64,000 bases of DNA from a virus: positions 12,453 to 76,452 of IMG/VR virus record IMGVR_UViG_3300021142_000023. One strand, 5' to 3'. A program made the translations under genes and the position numbers. Below the pieces are notes generated by a model. The model saw only the letters and a program-made list of their open reading frames with translations, was not told the origin of the DNA and did no database searches. Of the stretch, positions 48,973 through 58,750 are shown piece after piece. Within the stretch, counting starts at the first letter, position 1. Each line of letters begins with the position of its first letter.

Positions 48973-50849
48973 TAAGCTTTAAAAATTATTTTAACGAAAG
49001 AATACTAGAGGAATCTACAGTAGATAGCACTCTTAAGAATCACTTATCACATTTAGAAGACCTTGCTATTGAAGAAGGTAAAAGAGGTTTTGCTAAGTTT
49101 GTTGAACAGGTAGAAAACTTTACAACCTATTTAGAAGGCTTTAATAGTAAGACGTCCGTTAACTTAAAGGTAGATGGATCACCTGCTATATTCTGGGGCA
49201 TTGATCCAAGAGAGCAGTTTGATAATCAATTCTTTATTGCTACCAAGACAGTGTTTAGTAAAGTACCTAACTTGGTGCACAGCGAACAAGAAGTAGACCA
49301 GTTATATGCTCAAGCACCTCAAGGCTTAAAAGACGTACTTAAAACAATATTTCCTTATTTAAAGAAGGGCTATGACAACTCTGGTTTAATGTATCAAGGT
49401 GATTTATTATTTTCGCCTTCGAGACCACCAGAAGCAAAAACTATAGAAGGTAAACAATACATTACTTTCCGTCCTAACTTAATCTCTTACGCAATACCAG
49501 CTGATCCTCAATCACCTCTTTACCAACAAGTTTCAAAGGCACCCGTGGGTATTGTAGTACATGCTGCGTTTAATATTAATGCAAATGGAGATGCTATTAC
49601 CTCGAGTATGGCTGGTAGAGATACCACTCGTGTTGTTAGTAGCTTAAAGAAAGCAGGGGTATTTGCAGAAGGTTCTAACTATAAGACTTTAAACTTAAAC
49701 ATTGATCCTACTTTAAAGAATACTATACACGGTTTATTACAAGATGCTAAAGTAAAGATCAGTAGTATTAATAATCAGTTTGATGCTGAATATACAGGCG
49801 GTGCTTTATCTACAAGCTTAAGAGAATATACTAACTTTATGGTAAGAAAGGGCGGCGGTATATTTAAAGCTGCTCTAAACGGTGAAGCATTCGATATTAA
49901 CAAATACCTAAACGGTTTCGCTATATTTTATAAAGACAAAGTATTAAAGAAAGCAGCAGATGGTTCAGATAAAGTAAAGGCTAACGCTCAAAAGAAAGTA
50001 GATAACTTAATAGCTCATTTACAGCAAAACAAAAGCTCTCTTAACGGTTTAATAGGCGCCACATACGATATGATTCGTATTAAGTTATTATTCCAAAATC
50101 TATTAGCTAATGTAGAAGGTAAACTGAGTGGTATGTATTCATTTATACCTGTAGGAGATAGTTATATATCTGCTCCAGGAGAAGGTCACGTACTATACAT
50201 CGGAGACACCCCTAACCAAGTTAAGATAGTAGACCGGTTAAACTTTAGTGCTAATAACTTTTTATATGCAGGCGAACGTGGTAGAAAACCAGCAGATCAG
50301 CCTGTAACAGAAGATGCACCAGCTGTAGAACGTAGATATAGTATTGGGTTCTTTGGTGGTGGGTTTAACCCTCCACATATCGGACATTTCGAAGCAGCTA
50401 AAATGGCGGCTAAAGAAAACGATGATGTTTATATTATTGTTTCTAAAACAGAAAGAGACAATGCTAACATTACCATTGATAAAAAACTAGCTGTATGGAA
50501 TCTTTTTAAACCATTATTAGAACAATACAGAGCTAAAATAAACATTATAGAAGCAGAAATATCTCCAGTAGCTACTGTATACCAATATGTAGCTACATTA
50601 AATGAATCTCCAGATGCTGGTCAAATCGAAGTTAAATTATACACAGACGCCGACGATGCCGGTCGTTATGATAGGATCAAGACATATGGAGAACATCTTG
50701 CAGGTATAGACATCAGACCAACACCTCGTATGGGCTCTGGTACTGAGTTCAGAACATATCTACAGAACGGAGACATGCGTAGAGCGTGGGAGCTAATGCC
50801 CCAAGGTGTAGATAAAAATATGATTTGGAATATATTAACGGCTCAATAA
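48969..50849 (+). CDS. Two-domain protein: DUF6267-like N-terminus plus HIGH-superfamily nucleotidyltransferase (cytidylyltransferase-like)
   Basis: HLSHLED..NLKVDGSPAIFWG..FFIATK..YQGDLLF..F.PN.I.Y; C-terminal GGGFNPPHIGH, SGT..R. Confidence 0.75.
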   Translation: MISFKNYFNERILEESTVDSTLKNHLSHLEDLAIEEGKRGFAKFVEQVENFTTYLEGFNSKTSVNLKVDGSPAIFWGIDPREQFDNQFFIATKTVFSKVPNLVHSEQEVDQLYAQAPQGLKDVLKTIFPYLKKGYDNSGLMYQGDLLFSPSRPPEAKTIEGKQYITFRPNLISYAIPADPQSPLYQQVSKAPVGIVVHAAFNINANGDAITSSMAGRDTTRVVSSLKKAGVFAEGSNYKTLNLNIDPTLKNTIHGLLQDAKVKISSINNQFDAEYTGGALSTSLREYTNFMVRKGGGIFKAALNGEAFDINKYLNGFAIFYKDKVLKKAADGSDKVKANAQKKVDNLIAHLQQNKSSLNGLIGATYDMIRIKLLFQNLLANVEGKLSGMYSFIPVGDSYISAPGEGHVLYIGDTPNQVKIVDRLNFSANNFLYAGERGRKPADQPVTEDAPAVERRYSIGFFGGGFNPPHIGHFEAAKMAAKENDDVYIIVSKTERDNANITIDKKLAVWNLFKPLLEQYRAKINIIEAEISPVATVYQYVATLNESPDAGQIEVKLYTDADDAGRYDRIKTYGEHLAGIDIRPTPRMGSGTEFRTYLQNGDMRRAWELMPQGVDKNMIWNILTAQ

Positions 50850-51289
50850 GAGCATTCGTTAATAAACTCTTTCAAACGCTGTACAGCTTCTAGGGCCATT
50901 GGAGCAGCTTCATGTCCAGAAGCACACCAACCATTACAACACTCTTCTGCTAATTGCATACACTCTTTTAATTTAGCAACATGATCTGTTGTTTCACCTA
51001 AACTGTCTCCGCCTTGTGAGCCAGCATAACCAGGTTGAGATTCAATGTTGCCAGCTACACCACCATCTATACCGTCAGTGTTTTCAGGTACTGCTGGTTG
51101 TACGTAATCTTTCATACATTCTTTTCTTAATGTACCGTCTTCTTCAAAACAATACACCTTAGGATGATTAAGATTTTCATCCCAATGTTCAGGGTTAATT
51201 TGTTCTTTTTTAATTTCCTGAAAGTAACTCTCAGTTAGTACTTGATACTTGTCTACTAAATTACTTTTTGTATAGTTGTACTTTTTCAT
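50843..51289 (-). CDS. Hypothetical protein, probable internal head protein
   Basis: MKKYNY...KYQVLTES. Confidence 0.55.
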   Translation of the reverse strand: MKKYNYTKSNLVDKYQVLTESYFQEIKKEQINPEHWDENLNHPKVYCFEEDGTLRKECMKDYVQPAVPENTDGIDGGVAGNIESQPGYAGSQGGDSLGETTDHVAKLKECMQLAEECCNGWCASGHEAAPMALEAVQRLKEFINECSY

Positions 51290-51294
51290 AAAAA

Positions 51295-51681
51295 TTATCC
51301 TTGTTGACCAGTCATTGTTTCTGTACGGTCAATATCTTCTCCAGCACCATCTGATGGTTCATAGCTTGCTTCATCCTTTACTGGCTCCATTTCTGGACTA
51401 TCAACTTCTTCTTTTAATTTAGCTAACACATCTTGTAGCATGTCAGCTGATTGAGTTACATGAGTAACCATCCAAGCCATAATAGGATGCTCTGCAGGAA
51501 TCTTTTCTAAAAGTTCGTGTAGCTCTGCAGCTACTTCAGCTGCTTGACGAGCCTTGGTACGAGTCATTTCAACATTGTGATCGGACTTGTGAGTACCGCC
51601 TGGTTGGATTTCTGTTTCCAAAGGATTCTCTTGTACTAAGGAATACTTTTCTGCTAATAGTTTAAATGTATTGCGACCCAT
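51295..51681 (-). CDS. Hypothetical protein, probable internal head protein
   Basis: Start MGRNTFKLLAEKY, 7 nt after minus-strand TAAATA. Confidence 0.6.
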   Translation of the reverse strand: MGRNTFKLLAEKYSLVQENPLETEIQPGGTHKSDHNVEMTRTKARQAAEVAAELHELLEKIPAEHPIMAWMVTHVTQSADMLQDVLAKLKEEVDSPEMEPVKDEASYEPSDGAGEDIDRTETMTGQQG

Positions 51682-51759
51682 ATGTGTATATTTACTCAAT
51701 CCGAATAAAAAATATATAGTAGTTGCTTTAATAAATAACACCTCTATACTATTAAAACT

Positions 51760-52269
51760 ATGGGAATGTACGACATATTAACAGTTAAAGATAAGCTACC
51801 TTGGACGGATGAAATGTGGGAAGAGGGATTGCCTAATGCTTGTACAGAGTTTCAAACTAAAGGATTAGTAGAAGGATTAGCTGATTACAAGATTGAGAAC
51901 GGTAGACTGTTATTACAGAAGGGTAAAGAAGGAGAATGGGAAGATACAAACTATCACGGCAAACTTGACTTCTATGATTATAAGCCGAACGATAAACCAG
52001 GCTATAATGATTGCTGGATAGAGTTTACCGCAACATTTACTAACGGACAAGTAGATAAAATTGAGGTTACTAATTTTGAAAAGACAAGCAACGCTACTCG
52101 CTTAGAAACCGTAAAAATACTAGCTGAAGAAATATTACGGAATAGAAACCGTTGGAGCAACAAATACTTTAATCATACCGCACCGGTGCAGTGGTTCCGT
52201 AGATGGGTATGGTACGAGTTCTGGTACCAACTAGGACGATTATGCGAGAAGATGCGCTTCTTATGGTAA
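51760..52269 (+). CDS. Conserved phage hypothetical protein
   Basis: MGMYD...EFQTK...Y.IENGRL...WIEF.A.F..G; sigma70-like promoter TTGCTT-17-TATACT upstream. Confidence 0.6.
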   Translation: MGMYDILTVKDKLPWTDEMWEEGLPNACTEFQTKGLVEGLADYKIENGRLLLQKGKEGEWEDTNYHGKLDFYDYKPNDKPGYNDCWIEFTATFTNGQVDKIEVTNFEKTSNATRLETVKILAEEILRNRNRWSNKYFNHTAPVQWFRRWVWYEFWYQLGRLCEKMRFLW

Positions 52270-52962
52270 CGGGCCGTCTGTAGGTGGGCCGTAACGTTCT
52301 TCTACAATCTTCATATTACGGGCATAGATCATACCCTGGTTAGGGTTCTTGTTGACTGTTACACCACCGTCATGATAGATTGGAAAGTTACCAGTCATCT
52401 TATTAGTACCTTCAATATGATCTAGCTTTTGCTCCGGTACTTGATGGACAGTAAAACCCGCGTTAAATGCCCGTATACAGAAGTCGATATCTTCTCCGCA
52501 ACCAGGTGTAAACGTTTCATCTAATAAACCAATCTTATTAATAACTGAACGCTTAATAGCAGCACAGAAGAACAAGATCCAAGGCTTACCACCTTGATAG
52601 CGTTTAATAACACCGGTAACACCTGCGGTAGGGGTTGTCCTGAAAGGATCAGTTAAAATGTCATACCAGTTATTATTTAAAAACACCGTATCGTTATTTA
52701 ACATGATAACAATATCTCCGGTTGAAGCGGAAATGCCCATGTTAACTGCTTTAGGGTAACCGAGAGGTCTTGGCCACGAAATAACATTTACTGGATAGTC
52801 TTTATATGTAGTCTGAACCAAGAATGGTGTATTGTCTGTACATCCGTTCGATACAACAATGATTTCTCCAAAAGTTAAATCAACTGTCTTAACAATACTG
52901 TCAATACAGTTCTTTAATAAGTCCCAACGATTAAAAGTAGGTATAACGATAGAAAACTTCAT
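52261..52962 (-). CDS. Glycosyltransferase family 2
   Basis: SIVIPTFN, EIIVV.NG.TD, N.GI, LNNDT, IGLLDE.F..G.GEDIDFC.R. Confidence 0.9.
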   Translation of the reverse strand: MKFSIVIPTFNRWDLLKNCIDSIVKTVDLTFGEIIVVSNGCTDNTPFLVQTTYKDYPVNVISWPRPLGYPKAVNMGISASTGDIVIMLNNDTVFLNNNWYDILTDPFRTTPTAGVTGVIKRYQGGKPWILFFCAAIKRSVINKIGLLDETFTPGCGEDIDFCIRAFNAGFTVHQVPEQKLDHIEGTNKMTGNFPIYHDGGVTVNKNPNQGMIYARNMKIVEERYGPPTDGPLP

Positions 52963-53003
52963 ATGGTTATACTTAACCTAGAAACGGTATTTTGCCAGAC
53001 GAC

Positions 53004-53201
53004 TTAAGCGTAGGTATTAGTATTAACAGGTTGTTTAACCTCTTCATGCACTACCTGGCCACTGGCATTAAGTATTTTAGCAGTGTGCCCATCCGCTTTC
53101 TTAGCAAATTCATGTGCATCGTGCTTGTTACTAAATGCATGCTCAGTAGTATGCAATTTACCGTTTATCCATTTATGAAGTTTGACGAAATGTTTAGCCA
53201 T
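53004..53201 (-). CDS. Hypothetical protein
   Basis: ORF track, overlaps the upstream GT stop. Confidence 0.55.
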   Translation of the reverse strand: MAKHFVKLHKWINGKLHTTEHAFSNKHDAHEFAKKADGHTAKILNASGQVVHEEVKQPVNTNTYA

Positions 53202-54264
53202 TGGTGGAGAAGTGTTTTACCCAGATACGACTTGTATTGGATGTATACTTAGTCAAATTGCGTTGATTTATTTTAACATTTAATCGTGGAAAATAGTATG
53301 CACACTTCAACGCTGCGCTTATTTTATCACTATTAGTAGGATCTACACAATATAGAGAGCTACACCATGGTATTTCTTTTGTGCCGATTAACGGCACGCC
53401 TTGACTGATTAAGTCCGCGCCAACTATATTAAACGTCTCAGAAAAATTACATTGTATACCGATATCCATTTGACGGCAAAGTTTTAGAAAGTCTTCTCTC
53501 TGAACCCAATCATGCATGATTAATTCATGCCCGGTACCAGCTAACTGCATAAACAGACCCTGTAAGTTATGTAGTACTGGCTGACCTTTCATTTCTTCTC
53601 TACCAACATTAATATGAAAGCGCAACTTTTTACCAATACCATTAACAAATTTTAAAGCGGCAAAGGCCTGTAATAAGTGATTCTTTAATGGGCGTACAGC
53701 ACCAAAACATCCAATATCAACTGTATCTAGCTTTCTTACGATACCTTTTGGTTCCCAATAGTCTTGTGGGTAATGGTTCGGTAAGTAAAACACTCTATTA
53801 TTAACTTGTTTCTTATTCCATCCTGTTTTATTAAACGCTAATACACGAACCTCATCAAGCATACGCGGTGCATTAACCCCTATAGATACTTCAGGATAAC
53901 TAAGGTAATCCCCAAGCCAGTTCATAGCCATACCCTCCCCAGCCATAAATGGCATTTCAGAGTGCAATCGTACAATCCATTTTACCTTAGGGTGTAATGG
54001 TATCAATACTGAAAACTTCGAAGGCACCACCCACAGAGCTTCAATAACAACGTGAGTGGGTTTATGAGTATTAACCAACCGATCAATACAGTTATTATCA
54101 ACTGCAACTTCCAGAGTAGCCTTAATGCCGGATTTATTAAGCATATCGACCACAAAAGAAGCGGAATTAAATAGTCCGGTGCTTAATCCTTTCGGACTAT
54201 GTACAATGGAATTATAGTCTTCCCGGCGTTTTAAAATAAAGAGAATATGAGTATCAGCTGTCAC
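53194..54264 (-). CDS. Glycosyltransferase, GT-B (GT4-like)
   Basis: FGAVRPLKN...QA.A, MDIG.Q..FSETFNIV.AD...GVP.I. Confidence 0.75.
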   Translation of the reverse strand: MTADTHILFILKRREDYNSIVHSPKGLSTGLFNSASFVVDMLNKSGIKATLEVAVDNNCIDRLVNTHKPTHVVIEALWVVPSKFSVLIPLHPKVKWIVRLHSEMPFMAGEGMAMNWLGDYLSYPEVSIGVNAPRMLDEVRVLAFNKTGWNKKQVNNRVFYLPNHYPQDYWEPKGIVRKLDTVDIGCFGAVRPLKNHLLQAFAALKFVNGIGKKLRFHINVGREEMKGQPVLHNLQGLFMQLAGTGHELIMHDWVQREDFLKLCRQMDIGIQCNFSETFNIVGADLISQGVPLIGTKEIPWCSSLYCVDPTNSDKISAALKCAYYFPRLNVKINQRNLTKYTSNTSRIWVKHFSTNG

Positions 54265-54328
54265 GGTAGTAGAGAATAATTTTATTTATACTACCGGATG
54301 CAATAAGCTAGTTTAAGAACGTATTAAA

Positions 54329-55633
54329 TTAACCAAAAATACTACCTAATCTACAGCTTATCTCTGAACCTGCCACGGTCATATCTTCAAGTTTGAGATT
54401 CGAAATTTTTGTCAAATCAATATGATAAAAACGCAACCGTTCTCCTTCTTTATCACAATCTAAAATAAACCCATTATTACCAGGCTTAACACTTAACTTA
54501 GCTGCTAGCAATCTACGTAAAAAGCACTTAGCGTAGCCTTCAGCGCTTGGTTCTCCTTGACCAAGTCCCTCACCAAGTGTATTATATATGAACTTTATTT
54601 TATTATCTATATCTTTAAAAATTTGGAATCCCCACACATTAGCAATTTCTTGAAACTCAGGAGAACTAAAAACCTTAGCCACCGGTTGCAAAGCTTCAAG
54701 CGCAACTTTTACGTCCTCTCCCTTAAAACTACCCAATGTGGGTAAGTGACTACTAGGTGCAGGGGCTGGAGCGAGTGGTTTTTTAGATTTAGTCTCTGCC
54801 ATTGACTTAATAGCTAAACGGGAAAACATTTCCTGTATCGGCATTTTCGGACTCACATTCAGTTCATTAAACAGAGCATTAAACCCGAATATGTAGTTTG
54901 CTAGCTTGTTGTTTACGTCAAATTCTGTTTCTGTACCAGCAGTTTTAAACTTACCTATGGTTATTGCTTTTTCTTTACCCCCATAAGCCTTAACTTCTAA
55001 ACCTACTCCATTTACCAATAAATCAGGTGCACCCTTACCGGCGTGTCTGTTGTCTATAATAAACTTATCCGCCGCCTCCAAGCCCTGCTGCTTGAGTATA
55101 GGTAAATACAAGAACCAAAATGCAGCTAGTTCTCCATTACCAGAACCTTTAGTAGAGGTGCCTGGTTCATTGGCTTTGGGTGGTGATAGTCTGTATAGCA
55201 ATTTCCAAACCTGTCTATCATTAGGTTGAATATCTATTACACCAGAACTAGGTGGTAGAGAAATACCGCCCACTCCGCATAACTTAGTTAAGTCACCACC
55301 TGGCCACTCTCTTAATATATTTTGTACGTATTCGTTCTTAGAGTGCTTTATTGCTTGTGCTAAATCGTTTACATTGCTACCTGAAGTAACGGTAGCAGTA
55401 GCCGGTTGTGGTGTGTGCTGAGGCTTTTCAGCCGGTGGTTGAGTTTGTGCAGGCACCGGTGCAGGAGTAGTAGGTTTAGACACCGGTGCAGGAGTAGCTG
55501 CCCGTGCTGCCTGATCCTGAGCAATCCTGTCCATATCAGTCCCTATATCATCATACCCTCTAATAGCCTCCACATACAACTCACTTAAGTTGACGTACGG
55601 TAAATGTTTTTTCTTTTTAGTTTTCTTTATCAT
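54329..55633 (-). CDS. Hypothetical protein with PD-(D/E)xK-like motif
   Basis: GSGNGELA...APDLLVNGVGLEVKAY; N-terminal LSELYVEA plus Pro/Ala linker. Confidence 0.55.
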   Translation of the reverse strand: MIKKTKKKKHLPYVNLSELYVEAIRGYDDIGTDMDRIAQDQAARAATPAPVSKPTTPAPVPAQTQPPAEKPQHTPQPATATVTSGSNVNDLAQAIKHSKNEYVQNILREWPGGDLTKLCGVGGISLPPSSGVIDIQPNDRQVWKLLYRLSPPKANEPGTSTKGSGNGELAAFWFLYLPILKQQGLEAADKFIIDNRHAGKGAPDLLVNGVGLEVKAYGGKEKAITIGKFKTAGTETEFDVNNKLANYIFGFNALFNELNVSPKMPIQEMFSRLAIKSMAETKSKKPLAPAPAPSSHLPTLGSFKGEDVKVALEALQPVAKVFSSPEFQEIANVWGFQIFKDIDNKIKFIYNTLGEGLGQGEPSAEGYAKCFLRRLLAAKLSVKPGNNGFILDCDKEGERLRFYHIDLTKISNLKLEDMTVAGSEISCRLGSIFG

Positions 55634-56322
55634 TTGCTTCTATGACCAACGATATTAGCACCCTTGTGACCACCTCTATAATCGGCAAAGTTCATCTTGG
55701 ACATCCACCGAGTAAGGTCCCAGTACTGAGAGTACCTGTCTTTATGGTTAGCATTATCTGTAGCATACCCATATAGTGGGTTATGTGCTTTACCTTCATC
55801 CCCGGTAAGAAAGATCTTTTGTCCGTGCTTACGGTACATATCAAGTATGTACTTCTCGGCCTGTGGGTTAGTCATGTACTCACGCATCTTCTCTATGTAC
55901 TCACCTCTTGGATCCTTAGGATTAATATAATACACTGGTACCATTTCACCAGGTTGTACTCTATGCACCTTGGACATAGGCGACGAAACCATACCCCCTG
56001 CTTTAGCCGAAGCCGCAGGCTTCACCTCTCCCCGGTCCAGAGCCGCTAGTACGCGAGTAAACTGATCCGGTGCCTTTGCCATAAACGTCTTGCTATTAAC
56101 GGTCGTACCGACCAAATACTGAATCACTCCGGCCTTATACGTTTTGGAGATCGGGAACTCATAGCCCATATAATGTAGTGTACCATTATTATCATCTTCG
56201 TCATCTATCTCTAGTTCAACCCCATTGGCAGGATCGTCGAACATCTTTTTCTCTGGTTCCAGAGACTCTAATAGAGCCTCTACTTGAGTGTATTTTTCAG
56301 CTAATAGTTTATATGGGTTCAT
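55630..56322 (-). CDS. Hypothetical protein, probable internal head protein
   Basis: MNPYKLLAEKY..LLES shares KLLAEKY with the 51681 protein. Confidence 0.6.
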   Translation of the reverse strand: MNPYKLLAEKYTQVEALLESLEPEKKMFDDPANGVELEIDDEDDNNGTLHYMGYEFPISKTYKAGVIQYLVGTTVNSKTFMAKAPDQFTRVLAALDRGEVKPAASAKAGGMVSSPMSKVHRVQPGEMVPVYYINPKDPRGEYIEKMREYMTNPQAEKYILDMYRKHGQKIFLTGDEGKAHNPLYGYATDNANHKDRYSQYWDLTRWMSKMNFADYRGGHKGANIVGHRSK

Positions 56323-56438
56323 TGGTCATCCTTACAGTTACATTTAACACACCCGCACCCATTGTGCTTACGTAATAGTTTACGCACAAACAGTGCTACT
56401 ACTGTAAACACAATAACAATGGCAAGTGTGGTTTGCAT
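56319..56438 (-). CDS. 39-aa Cys-rich membrane micro-protein (FeoB-associated Cys-rich protein-like architecture)
   Basis: Manual translation MQTTLAIVIVFTVVALFVRKLLRKHNGCGCVKCNCKDDQ; TAAATA 9 nt upstream; ATGA overlap with the next gene. Confidence 0.55.
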   Translation of the reverse strand: MQTTLAIVIVFTVVALFVRKLLRKHNGCGCVKCNCKDDQ

Positions 56439-56459
56439 AGATAGATATATTTACTTATA

Positions 56460-57239
56460 TTATAGTAACTTATCGTGTATGTGTTCAAGCAAAAAGTCTA
56501 TGCCCTTTCTACTTGGGTGCGAATCTCCATGCCACCCAAAATACGTGCCCTCATGCTTACGAGTACAAGTCGAACGGCTCCCTACCCCGTTTAATAGGAC
56601 ATCCAGATTAGCTGTATCTATACTGGTAAGATGGAGGTTTGGGTTGTAGGAACTGTAAATGGAAGGAGTGTGGGTGGGTTCTATTAACTGTAGCCACGAG
56701 TTACAGACCACGTTCAAGTGTGGGTAACGTGCTATACAAGGATCTATATCTGACCACCCACCTACCATGTTAATGGTGATACCATGGTACCGGGCAATCA
56801 TATCTAGTACATCGTATAGCATCTCGATGTTCATTTTAAGAATACTGGTATAATAGCGTTGATAAATGCGGTTGTTGTTTAAAAAGGGAAATACGGTGGC
56901 CTCTGCTGAAATTGGTTCCTTAAACATAAAAAAAGACCTACCATTGTTAAATACAGAGTAGGTGAGGAGATCACGAGCGGGGTCGGTCTGCACAAATAAA
57001 AACTTGGTTTCTGATAGTGGAGGCACTATGCCGGAGTTGTTTTTAGTATAAATAATGAAATCCAGTAGATACCTAACGCTATCCAAATTACCACCGCCAG
57101 AGTTGTGAGGGCTACTTATAATGTTGTAGTACCGGGACATGGCTACATTGAAGTACTCATCCGATGTTTGATCAACTACTTTGTCCGGGGTTGACCAAGC
57201 CCCTCGCACCCAACTATCCCCATATATTGCAATATTCAT
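56460..57239 (-). CDS. SGNH-hydrolase-like protein
   Basis: IYGDSW block I, GGGN, C-terminal DSHPSRKG. Confidence 0.6.
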   Translation of the reverse strand: MNIAIYGDSWVRGAWSTPDKVVDQTSDEYFNVAMSRYYNIISSPHNSGGGNLDSVRYLLDFIIYTKNNSGIVPPLSETKFLFVQTDPARDLLTYSVFNNGRSFFMFKEPISAEATVFPFLNNNRIYQRYYTSILKMNIEMLYDVLDMIARYHGITINMVGGWSDIDPCIARYPHLNVVCNSWLQLIEPTHTPSIYSSYNPNLHLTSIDTANLDVLLNGVGSRSTCTRKHEGTYFGWHGDSHPSRKGIDFLLEHIHDKLL

Positions 57240-57267
57240 ATTCACTATAATTACTATGTAATAAAAT

Positions 57268-58083
57268 ATGTACAAGAGATTTTTTGCATTTGGTTGCTCG
57301 TTTACCGATTATATGTGGACGACGTGGGCAGATATAGTAGCAGGAGCATATCCTGGCATTGAATACCATAACCTAGGCAAAGGAGGTGGAAGCAATCAAG
57401 TAATACTATATAAAATGATGGAAATGGATCAGTTGTATAACTTCAACCCCGAGGACCTAATCATTGTACAGTGGACGGCACCAGCAAGAGAAGCTTTCTG
57501 GAATGGCAAAAATTGGGTGGCCAGTGGCAGTGTTTATAATAACCCATACTACGACGATGCATACGTCGAAAGATATACCTCTCAAATAAACTACCTGTAT
57601 AGGGATTTATCTATTGTTAAAGTTATACAGGGGTTCATGAAACTAAAAGGATGCACGTTTCATCAAATATCTATGTCCCCTATTCTTGATTTGGAGCTCT
57701 ATGGAGGTAGATTAGAAGATATATTACCAGAACAAAAACAGTACCTACTAGACCTCTATAAACCAGTAATAGATCAAATAAAACCAAGTTATATGGAAGT
57801 AGTGTTTGAGGGTAACTGGAGAAATAAACTTCCTCGGCCTAAGTTCAGGCTTTCTACCACTAAAGATATATGTGATGATTGTCACCCCTCTCCCTTAGAG
57901 CACTTAAAATACGTTGAACAAATATTACCATTTGTACCCATTACTCCAGATTTAAGAAATAATGTACAAATAGATAATGCTAGAGTTATGAGTACAGTTA
58001 ATGAGTATGTACAACGTTACTGTAACCCACCACTTAACGGCACGTTACCCTTTACCCGGGGATGTAGTAAATCAGAGTTTTAG
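57268..58083 (+). CDS. SGNH-hydrolase-like protein
   Basis: FGCSFT, NLGKGGGSN, IVQWT...RE, DCHPSPLEH. Confidence 0.6.
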   Translation: MYKRFFAFGCSFTDYMWTTWADIVAGAYPGIEYHNLGKGGGSNQVILYKMMEMDQLYNFNPEDLIIVQWTAPAREAFWNGKNWVASGSVYNNPYYDDAYVERYTSQINYLYRDLSIVKVIQGFMKLKGCTFHQISMSPILDLELYGGRLEDILPEQKQYLLDLYKPVIDQIKPSYMEVVFEGNWRNKLPRPKFRLSTTKDICDDCHPSPLEHLKYVEQILPFVPITPDLRNNVQIDNARVMSTVNEYVQRYCNPPLNGTLPFTRGCSKSEF

Positions 58084-58095
58084 TTCTGAAATCCG

Positions 58096-58221
58096 GGGCT
58101 TATATATGTATTTGGACAGAAAAAAATTTGCGCGAAAAAAATTTGAAAACTAGGCTCTCGGGATTTTTGAAGAAAGGGCTTATATAGGATTTGGGTTTAA
58201 AAAATTTGGCAAAAGTTTGGC
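58096..58221. repeat. Intergenic imperfect direct repeats
   Basis: gggcttatata at 58096 and 58176, each followed by atttgg; aaaaaatttg at 58121, 58136 and 58199. Confidence 0.6.
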
Positions 58222-58333
58222 ATGCACGTATATACACGTGTTTTGTTGATATCTATATTCAACCAATTTCTGCGCTTAGGTGGTGTATTTAGCTTGCACT
58301 GTTATACACCACCATATATATTATACCACTCTA

Positions 58334-58696
58334 TTAGCCGCGCCATCTTTCTAAGCGCTGCTTCATCCATCCTATCTCGCTAGCAGACGCTCCTGCCTCT
58401 TCTAATGCTTTCACTTTAGCTTCATAATGCTTTACATACTCTTCATTCGACATATGCTTAGTTGATAAAGATGGAGCTAGCTTCACTCCTTCTTCTAAGA
58501 TGCTCTTCATTAGATCTACTTCACCATCTTTCAATAAGCTGCTCTTTACTTTAGGCTTCTTATTAGCACCTCTGCTTACATATGCTTTCTGGAATGCTTC
58601 TAATGATCCATACTCTTTGATCTTAGCATCAATGATTGATTGGTTCGACCACTTAACGGTCTTACCGGTTACATTACACGTTAGTATTATACTCAT
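58334..58696 (-). CDS. Hypothetical early protein
   Basis: ORF track; promoter TTGCCA-17-CATTAT at 58747-58719. Confidence 0.65.
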   Translation of the reverse strand: MSIILTCNVTGKTVKWSNQSIIDAKIKEYGSLEAFQKAYVSRGANKKPKVKSSLLKDGEVDLMKSILEEGVKLAPSLSTKHMSNEEYVKHYEAKVKALEEAGASASEIGWMKQRLERWRG

Positions 58697-58750
58697 ATTG
58701 GTTCCTTATTGTTATATGATAATGGATTACTTTATGATAAATGGCAACTC

